Assembly (NCBI GenBank): GCA_964199315.1
Contig: OZ116702.1
Coordinates: 8,990,001-9,054,000 of the forward strand
Source of the DNA: Orbicella franksi
Lineage: Eukaryota
DNA length: 64,000 nt
Direction of reading: 5' to 3'
Shown here: in pieces, positions 14,401-23,449 of the stretch
How the letters are laid out: each line of letters opens with the position of its first letter
How positions within the stretch are numbered: the first letter of the stretch is position 1
Notes under the pieces: model-generated
What the model was told of the DNA's origin: nothing
Databases searched by the model: none
What the model saw: only the letters and a program-made list of their open reading frames with translations
Translations under genes and position numbers: made by a program

Positions 14401-16482
14401 GAATTCAAGAACTCTATCCAAATAGAAAAATTGTCACTAACATTTCGCTGTTATAGCAGTATTTAGGGAAGCAAATTCAAACTCTAGGTTCAGTATTTAG
14501 GCAGGTTTTCTCCTGGTTAATTCGACTTGTTAAAGGGAAATCTCATAAGCTGGGCTATTATCACGAAGAAAAACCAAAAAATGAATTTGCGCTAAAGAAA
14601 CTCGCTTAAGATTGTACTGGAGATGCATGTACCTGTCATGTGAAATACAGACTTGAATCCAAGACCAAAACGGCCGACTTTCATTGGATCTTCCACTTTG
14701 ATGCTATCACAGACCAGTCGAATACCCCTCCAGTCTTCTCTTGTAAACCGTGCGTTGTTGTAAGCGTAAAGCGCTGGACCCTGTTTGAACATTTCAATAA
14801 AAGATATATGAGGAAGGCTTCTGTGGAACTTGGAAGAGATTTGTATCTTTTTGTAGCGTCCCCAAACGCAACTTGTTGAGTCATGTCAACTATAACAGTA
14901 TGCCGTACATATTGGCAGATTTTCCTCTTACCTTATCGTCAAACAACATCAGAGAAAACTTTAGGCTTTTTAAGCCTGAAACATGTCTATGTATCTATAG
15001 TTTCTCCAAAATAAAATTGGATGGATGCACATTTTTCTGGTTTAAGATCTGTTTGTCAAACATAAACGGAAACCATATTCTTCCGTTCAGGAAAGTGCCA
15101 GGGACACGCTCCTGTGCATGACATTGAAAAGCCAAAACCTCAAAGGCTTTGACCATTAAATTAGAAGAAACCCTAAGTATTATGCCCTAGCTTTGTCAAA
15201 AATTACTGTGAAACTGAACTGAGCTGTTATTGTGAGTTATCCATTCATAAGGTTTTTGGATTTTAGCACAATAATCACTCTGTCTTAAACAATTCAGTGA
15301 GTTTTTTCTACGTGGCCCTAGCTGCGCGTTTTAAATTTTGTAAATTTTCAACGTCACTAAGTCATAATTTTTGGTCATTTCGATCAAAAATGAGACAAAA
15401 CCACGTGTTTACCTGAAATTGTGCGAGGTCCCCATCAAAAAGATATTCTGTGTCATGGCTGTGTTTGTCGTGCAAGAACTTCACTCGACTAGCATTTGCA
15501 TCCTCAGCATTTTGAATCAGTTCCTAGACATGAGAGGCGTGAGAGATAAACAATCGTAAAAAATGCGTATACTACCACAGGAAAATTCGCAACATCTAAC
15601 GCAAAAGTGTATAAATTTCTCATATACAGACTGTTAGAAAAGCAAACGAAGACTTCTCTTTCAGAGTCTCGCTGGTTTTTATCATGAATGCGAAGTTGAC
15701 GTGGTAATTCAGTTCTTAATTAATTGATCCATGGTAGTCCAGCTTGCTATGTGTTGTATTGTTTGGCAGAAGGATGATATCGTGATATTTTCAAACCTTA
15801 CTGTAGCAGATAGAAGGAAGGAAATTTTGTTTCCCTGCAATCTAGATAAAAGTATTTTGTTTTACCTTCAGTATCTGTCCATCATCAGGATACTGATCTA
15901 GGATGGACCTCAACTGTTGGATGAGTGATGGCTGAATCAAATCAAACCCATCGTCATCATTGTTCGCTGAGCAACAAATTAAAGAAACAGACATTAGAGG
16001 TAGTTTTCAAAGAAACCAAACACAAAGACCTGACGTTAGATATATCGGAACTACTATAATTCCCTTCGGAAGGATCGAGGCTTAAAGCTGCTTGCGGACA
16101 AGAGTATCCGTTTAGTTCACATTCCTGTTTACCAAATAATTCTGGTACATTGGGACTTATATATGTATAACATGCACTATAGACTAAGGAAAAGCGTCTT
16201 TGATGAATGTCTCCTCGTATCTTTAGGCAATGGTTCCTTCAAACTTTTATTCCAGTATTTATTCAAGGTCTTTTGAGAACTATTCCACGAGCGCGCCTTG
16301 AATAAAAGATTACAGATACCCAACAAGGTGTGTAACGCCAAGTTGGCTCTAATCATCCTCTAACTAACAAGCGCGGGTTGCTAAAAAACGTCTCCAAAAT
16401 ATAGAAAATTAAAAACGAAAGACCTCCAGGTTTCTTACTGAAGTCAGTGTTCAGTTATATAGTATAATTTATACCTACCCAT
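231..16482 (-). CDS. SACS: Sacsin-like protein, copy 1 (SRR1-SRR2-SRR3, J-domain, start of HEPN); 3' end off-window
   Basis: Phase-consistent GT-AG exons: 16482-16479 (ATG G), 15966-15866, 15523-15413, 14780-14633, 13825-12832, 12315-11738, 11440-231; total 13,146 nt = 4,382 codons, starting [16 protein letters not shown]. Three GHKL/HSP90-like SRR cores ([20 protein letters not shown]; [20 protein letters not shown]; [20 protein letters not shown]), J-like helix RWHPEKN, HEPN start [22 protein letters not shown], then donor GTAAGA at 230. Confidence 0.93.
11738..15966 (-). CDS. SACS: Five small/medium exons encoding SRR1 of sacsin copy 1
   Basis: 15966-15866 (..[13 protein letters not shown]), 15523-15413 ([13 protein letters not shown]), 14780-14633 ([13 protein letters not shown]), 13825-12832 ([27 protein letters not shown]..), 12315-11738 ([12 protein letters not shown]..). 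The first two are not in the ORF track and were read manually. Confidence 0.9.
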
Positions 16483-16677
16483 GAGTGAGAGTTCAGATTT
16501 TCTTCAAATAGCTACTTGCTCTTTTTCACCTGGTAACCATCTAAACAAGACCACAAGAAAAGGTTGATTAGCAATGAATAGGAAATGCAAGAACGGCATT
16601 TGCAAAATTAGCGCGCTTTGGAGCCATATTAAATATCCAAGCACTGCATATTTAAAAGCTGCGTAAATAGGGTGTTA

Positions 16678-17068
16678 CTAACCAGAGTAACGAGGTAACG
16701 AGGTCACCAGGTCACCAGGTAACCAATAACCAGTACCCAGTAATCAGTACCCAGTACCCAGCAACCAGTACCCAGTACCCAGTAACCAGTACCCAGTACC
16801 CAGTACCTAGTACCCAGTACCCAGTACCCAGTACCCAGTACCAGTACCAGTACCCAGTACCCAGTACCCAGTACCCAGTACCCATTAACCTGTAACCAGT
16901 AACCGGTAACCAGAGTAACGAGTAACGAGTAACGAGTAACGAGTAACGAGTAACGAGTAACGAGTAACGAGTAACGAGTAACGAGTAACGAGTAACGAGT
17001 AACGAGTAACGAGTAACGAGTAACGAGTAACGAGTAACGAGTAACGAAGTAACGAGAAATCGAGTAAC
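16678..17068. repeat. Compound heptamer satellite (AGTACCC)n / (AGTAACC) / (AGTAACG)19
   Basis: Read directly: 19 perfect AGTAACG units at 16914-17046, preceded by about 20 AGTACCC-type units. Confidence 0.95.
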
Positions 17069-17674
17069 AAGAAAAAAATTAAATAGATAAATATATTAAA
17101 AGAGCGTAAAATCGATTAAAAGAGATAAAAAGTGAAGGGAGCATGCTCGCCAAGGCACGGAAAGGCATTTCGCTATGATTTTTTTCATGTATGTCCTCGA
17201 GCGGCTGGATTGTGACATGCTTTACAACTCGATACGACGCTGAACTGTGGAGTATACGTTTTTTTTCTTTCTTGCGTCAAAGTTTTCAAAGTTATACGCA
17301 AAGCAGCTAAAGTATAAAACTAGAATTTAAAAGAGGCCAATGCCCAAGATAGCCTGTGTACAGCCGCCCCTCCCCTCCAAAGAAAAACGAAGAAAGAAGT
17401 CTTTTCGGCTGTTTCCAGGGTTATGATTTTGGGAATTACGGTTACTGTATACCTTCAAAGGTGTCTCGCGTCCACGTTATGCAGCGCGTCCGGCTTAAAC
17501 TGTAGATACCTAAACCCCACATCAAATTAAAGCTTATAGGGCTGGCTATCAAAATGTACCGAGAATTTTGAAATAAAATGAATTGTCGAATTTTTCATGA
17601 CCACTAAATGCGAGCGCACGAATCACCTTTTGAAAGCCACAAGTCAAAGCAAAGTTTGTTTTTCGCCAATCTAA

Positions 17675-17864
17675 TACACCTTATTCCAAAATGGCCGCTA
17701 TTTAAGTATTCTTTTGTTTACTTGCAAATTAGCCCTTGTTGCCTCGTTCTGAAACTCGAAATTCAAAAGAATATTTTCCCTTCAACGAGGCAACACGGGC
17801 TCATTTTCAAGTAAACAAAAGAATACTAAAATGTCGGCCATTTTGGAATAAGGCCTAGGTGTAT
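17675..17864. mobile_element. Hairpin MITE of about 190 bp
   Basis: TIR CCTTATTCCAAAATGGCCG (17679) / CGGCCATTTTGGAATAAGG (17835); internal arms are also complementary (tattcttttgtttacttg / caagtaaacaaaagaata). Confidence 0.8.
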
Positions 17865-18366
17865 TCTTTCCTCGGTTTCAATATCCAACGCGATAAAAAA
17901 ACGTGTTTGCGTTTTGCAATATTCAATTGCAGTAGGAAGTTACTGAACATTTTCGACATAGAACTGAAAAGATGTGGCGTGATCGTTAAAAAATCGCTCT
18001 CGAAGAAAAAAAATATAATAATTCGAAATAAACAATTCGCAGACACAACAACTGTCCAAATTTGAGTACAATCAAACGAATTCCTGTGTACCAAATTCGT
18101 GACAACCGTATATATGGTATAGGTAATTCCCGCGAAAGTCACGCACTCCTTTTCTATGACAATTGCAAGTAATTCATCATTTAATTGTGACTAGTCAAAA
18201 GAACGTAGCCAAAATCCAAACTGTGATTTAGTAGAATTAAAACAATTAAAAATTCAGACTGCCGCTCATGTTTTGGAAACCTTGAGCGGTGCACCGTGCA
18301 GAGCTTATTTAAAAGAAAAAAAAAGTGTCACAACTCATGGCTTCGTATTCTATGCGTAGCGTTACT

Positions 18367-18416
18367 CAACCTCGTTCCCGGGATCACTCATTTCCCCACC
18401 CACTGGGACGAGGTTG
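18367..18416. mobile_element. Miniature MITE relic CAACCTCGTTCCC..GGGACGAGGTTG
   Basis: Terminal inverted repeat visible, 50 bp total. Confidence 0.6.
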
Positions 18417-19340
18417 AGCGTTACCGAGACCTTAGACTCATGTGAATCGCTTAGTACTTCTTAATTGACATATCATAGTTTGGATTTGCTAAGTTATCTT
18501 ATTTACTTGTAATAATTAATTTCTAATTAATTAAAAAATTCGGATCGCCAAGCACTGTTTCGCTGTCCGAACTGTGCTCAACGATTTGATTACCGCGCGC
18601 TCGGTCTTACAAAGGTGAAGGTCTTACAAATATCTATCGAACTATGTTTCTTTGGGATATTTGCAGGGTCGGGGAAAACGAGGGGCCTTAAGGGGGGTCC
18701 TTCGTAACTACAGATTTAGAGCAGTTGCCAAAAGGAATTACTGAAGGCGATATTTACAGGAAAGCTACTTTCGAGTGTTTTGCAGTGCTAGATGGTGAAT
18801 TTTATATGAGGGAACATTTGCTTTGAAAAAAAATATATGATTTCGCGTCCGTAACTTAAGTGCCAGTCCCAAACCGCCCGTTTAGACTTTTAAATCCCTA
18901 AAACTTGGAAGAAGAGAGGAAGAGTTCCGATTTTTCTTATGATTGAATCAGAAATAACTTAGCCTTCTTTATAACCGTACGTATGGGATTACTGTTTACA
19001 CGTAAGAGGAAAGCTACTGTAGAAAGTCTGTTAATACGGGTGTTTATTACCTCATAGCTTTTATGATAATGCGAGTTTAATGAAACCCATACGTAGCATT
19101 AACACCCAGACGTTCTTAAGCTATTGACACTTTTAAGTTTTAGGGTTGCCTCTATTCTGGTCACATGACTGGTCAAATATGGCCGTGATTTGAAACTTTG
19201 GCAGGACTCTTCAATGGAAAAAACCTCTGCAAAAAGCTTTAACTTAGGAGGTGTGGTTTTCAAAATATGACAGTGAGAAACCTTCCATAGCAACAAATTC
19301 ATGACGAGTTGGTAGTTAAGAAATTCGTACTTGAAATTTA

Positions 19341-19927
19341 ATAGATCGTTTTCACGTGACGTCATCACTTTCGAAAATCCAAAACTAAACAGCCACCAAA
19401 GTTTTTATCCTCATCATGCATAAGAGGGGGTATATTTATATCTGTTTACAATTTTACAGCTTAATAGCGTGCTTCGTTTGGAATCCAGAGCATTTTGAAT
19501 TTCAGGGTTATGGAGGTGCGTGACACAAGGCTACGATTGAGTTTGTCGAAAAATATATACTTATCTCATGATTTTGAGCCTTTTTAGAAGTTAGAGCATT
19601 ATGAAAAGTGCTTATGTAAATGCTTGTTTGATAAGTACTGATAATCAGTCGCCTAGATAGCCAAAGTAAGTTCCAGATGTTTACACTATTTTCCGGCCGC
19701 CATATTGGTGTACCACGGAGGTACACCAACATGGCGTTTTCGTACTGGGCTCTGCAAATATCTGCGAAACATTTCGACGAATATCTGAAGTTTGGGGAAA
19801 CGCACAGGCCTAAAACTTGGAGAAGGGTCTTATTTAGTTATCTTATATATCATCGTAAGATCATAGCTTTTTCCACTGGATGGTTCTCGATTTATTTTTT
19901 TATTGCGTGACGGTGAAAACGATCTAT
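19341..19927 (+). mobile_element. 587-bp MITE, copy A
   Basis: TIR ATAGATCGTTTTCAC / GTGAAAACGATCTAT; internal palindrome ccgccatattggtgtacc..ggtacaccaacatggcg. Near-identical inverted copy at 20547-21130. Confidence 0.9.
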
Positions 19928-20371
19928 ACGGGGCTTAAGAGCGTGGCACTATGAAATCATACATAACACAGATTTCACCTCCTCGCAAACGATGGGCGAA
20001 ACTACAATCAAAACGAGTTTCAAGTAGCTATGCTCGTTCTTTCGTTTAGTTCAAAACATTACATGTAAATAAAGAGCGTTTTCATGGCGCCCTGGTTGCT
20101 ATTCTGAAACAATGGGAAATGTTTGCATGAGAAAATAACACCATGCAACATGCTAAATATAGCTGCCGTGACATCAGGCTCAACTCCGCAATTTTAATTC
20201 AGCGCTGTTTTGAACTGGCCATTGATAAAATGAATTAGTTAAATGAATCCCCCAACGTCATTTAGCAATCGAATGAAATAATTCCACCCATTGCATGCTT
20301 ATTGAACAAATGATATTAAAATATTGATTCGACTTGTGGCAGCCAATGCCGGAAGACCGTCCCAGTGATAA

Positions 20372-21355
20372 AGCCTGGTTCTCATATCCCACCGACGTAC
20401 CTGCGACGTAGTCGCCGGTTGCAAGTGACAACGTTCGGTGATCTGTCCCAGTGGGTCCCCGGCGCATCTGCGATGGATCGCCGACTTACTCACATTTGCT
20501 CGAAATGCAAATCGAATTGCGCAATTTTCAACCATTTTACCTGTAAATAGATCGTTTACACTGTCACGCAATAAAAAAATAAATTGAAAACCATCCAGTG
20601 GAAAAAGCTATGACCTTACGATGATATATAAGATAACTAAATAAGACCCTTCTCCAAGTTTTAGACCTGTGCGTTTCCCCAAACTTCAGATATTCGTCGA
20701 AATGTTTCGCAGATATTTGCAGAGCCCAGTACGAAAACGCCATGTTGGTGTACCTCCGTGGTACACCAATATGGCGGCCGGAAAATAGTGTAAACATCTG
20801 GAACTTACTTTGGCTATCTAGGCGACTGATTATCAGTACTTATCAAACAAGCATTTACATAAGCACTTTTCATAATGCTCTAACTTCTAAAAAGGCTCAA
20901 AATCATGAGATAAGTATATATTTTTCGACAAACTCAATCGTAGCCTTGTGTCACGCACCTCCATAACCCTGAAATTCAAAATGCTCTGGATTCCAAACGA
21001 AGCACGCTATTAAGCTGTAAAATTGTAAACAGATATAAATATACCCCCTCTTATGCATGATGAGGATAAAAACTTTGGTGGCTGTTTAGTTTTGGATTTT
21101 CGAAAGTGATGACGTCACGTGAAAACGATCGAAATGGATAGAGTCGTCTCACTGGAGTACGTTGCGTCAGCAGATGATGTTCAGATAAAATATTTTGATC
21201 GCCGACAACCGCCGACAACCGCCGGCTTGCCTGCGAATTTGAACTCAGCTCAACTTCGCAGGCAAGCCGGCGGTTAATGCCTGGGATAGATTATGATTTG
21301 GCGATAAACGTTTACCTATGTCCCAGGTATGTCGGCGGCATATGAGAACCAGGCT
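20372..21355. mobile_element. PIF/Harbinger-type MITE (about 400 bp after removing the nested copy B)
   Basis: TIR AGCCTGGTTCTCATAT / ATATGAGAACCAGGCT flanked by TAA on both sides (20369-20371 and 21356-21358), the Harbinger-type TSD. Confidence 0.8.
20547..21130 (-). mobile_element. MITE copy B (inverted relative to copy A), nested in a Harbinger-type MITE
   Basis: Reverse complement of 19341-19927 with only a handful of substitutions; ORF-track peptides 19508..19732 and 20742..20966 are identical. Confidence 0.9.
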
Positions 21356-22898
21356 TAAGCAATGAACCGGAATGCCGAAACCTTTTCCCAAACAGGAGAG
21401 CGTACAAAAGCATACAAAGCAAAGTATTATCACAGCAGAATTTCGTGTTACCTTAAAAGTCGAGAATGTAGCAACAAGAAAGGGTTTTAAGCAGAACTTC
21501 CGTGTCAGTCTGTACCAACAATTCAGCTGCTTTCATGCGAACCGAGTATTCCTTCACTCGTCACGCTTTGTTACGTCATTTGCATGTGAAAAAGGTACCT
21601 GGCCAGCATCTATATTCAATATGATTTATAATTGGTCTTTTAGCCTCAAGCTTAAAAATTTACGTGTTTATCCGATAAATAGAAAAAGTGGTCTTTAACT
21701 ATTTTTGATAGCATATAGCAAACTACAGACGCCTGCGTGACTTAATTAATCGAGCATTGCGAGATCGTCCAAAGTCCATTGAAGTTTGCCGGGCCTCATA
21801 ACTATTCGTCTCTAAACTATACATGCGAAAACTCCGAACACAAAGATCGAATTCTTTACAACACCAAAAATGCCGTACACGCTAGTAAGCTGTCTAATTT
21901 TAAGAGTGACAACTTACTTTTCTGTCGAGGTGCATGCAAAAGTTTCGCAGGGGTATTGTAATTATTCCACACGTCTGTGTCTCTTCAATACATGCGTCTT
22001 GTATATTTTGGGCAGGTGAAAATAATGTTTGTGTTACACTCTGTGACCCACTCCCAAAGATCTCCTACTTTATTCCACTTTCAAATACTCCTAATTGTAG
22101 TTTCTGATTTTTAAAAACTCTTAGGAAAACGGCTCCTGACACCCTCACGTGTCGTGTGAAAATGGCTTCAAAGATATCATCGAAGATTCTTGAATTTTTT
22201 TATTTTCTCTTTCCCAGAAAACAAATTCATTTGCATGACAACAGCAATTTGAATATGAAATGTGAATATGAAATGTGACAGTCGTGTGACACAACAAACC
22301 CTTAAACAGCAGGCCTTGCATACACTGAAATTATAAACACAATTCTGGAATCTGATTGGTTACCACACTCCCTATTTTTAACCAAATGCAAGAGCGTGAC
22401 CAGATAAGGAGTTGAATAATAACAAAGTGTCAAATAATAAGCGCTTTACATAGTATTTCCTCCCTTATACTGAGAACTCATAATCAGAGTCTCTACATTC
22501 AATAAACCGTTTAGAAATGGCTTTCTCCCGGTGAATTTTTTCATCGAGATTATAAATCGTAAACAGGCTTCGCTTTGTCGTGACAGCGTTTCTCTCGAAT
22601 TTGTATGAAGTTATGATTAGTCAATTGATGCAAACAGGACGTCATGTCGTCCAATTCTGTCTGTAATTATATTTGTGATGGAAAAAAATTTGTTTATCAC
22701 TCGTATGATTACAGTCCGAATTGGACTTCACTCGGTCCTATTAACATTACGTACTGTTCCCGCTTCGCAAAAAGTTGAATTACTGACGGATTTCTGAACT
22801 TCGTTGTTGCAGTTACAAGACATACATATCCCATGATGACCAAAATCTAATTTAGTACTAGTCATAATTATATCTATCACTTTCATTAAGTGCTCGAG

Positions 22899-23449
22899 GT
22901 TTCTACGAAGTTAAAGTCGATGAATGTTCAGTAGAATTCAAGTTAAATTTCTTTCTCTTTCTTAGTTTCAAACCGACGCTTTTGTAGAAGTATTCGCTTC
23001 ACCAAACTGCGAAGGGACAGCAGAAATAAGAATTAACAGATCCCTTTCCAAGAATCGACGACGATTCTAGGTTTCCAAAATTATCTTTCCGGGAAAATAA
23101 GGTAATTATCACACGTTAACGATGCGTGACATAAGTGATTTTTACCAGGTCCCGTATGTGAGTTCCTAGTGCAGGTTCACTCTCGTTCCCAGAGCCTCCT
23201 GTCCCTCTGATCCTGTGTAGCCTTGGCACGAGGAAAAGGAGCCACTCTTCCTAGTACCAAGGCCCTGGCGGCTACAAGAGACTGGCCGCTTTAATTTGGA
23301 AACGAGAATGGTATCGGTCATGCTATTGCTACGTAACAACTAATATAAAAACTTGCTAAAGTGAACGAACTTATACCATACAGCGCCGAAAATAAGCAAA
23401 CCTTCGTTTCCAAGGTAAGACAGGAGGACCTGGGAGACAAGTTTTTACA
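22899..23449 (-). promoter_or_regulatory. Conserved upstream block D of sacsin copy 1 (paralogous to 44461-45013)
   Basis: Aligns by eye with 44461-45013 (e.g. taagtgatttttaccaggtccc, ccttggcacgaggaaaagga, caagagactggccgct, aataagcaaacctt). Contains TTCCAAGAA and TTCCGGGAA. Confidence 0.65.

Noticed and set aside
16678-17068. CRISPR-like or telomeric array
   Set aside because: No unique spacers, the genome is eukaryotic, and the units are not TTAGGG.
16885-17070. LLVTRYS repeat peptide, and MPSFD / TCHLS repeat peptides at 44192-44478
   Set aside because: Translations of satellites, with no coding context.
19508-20966. Duplicated identical 74-77 aa ORFs
   Set aside because: They come from the two inverted MITE copies; no transposase motifs.
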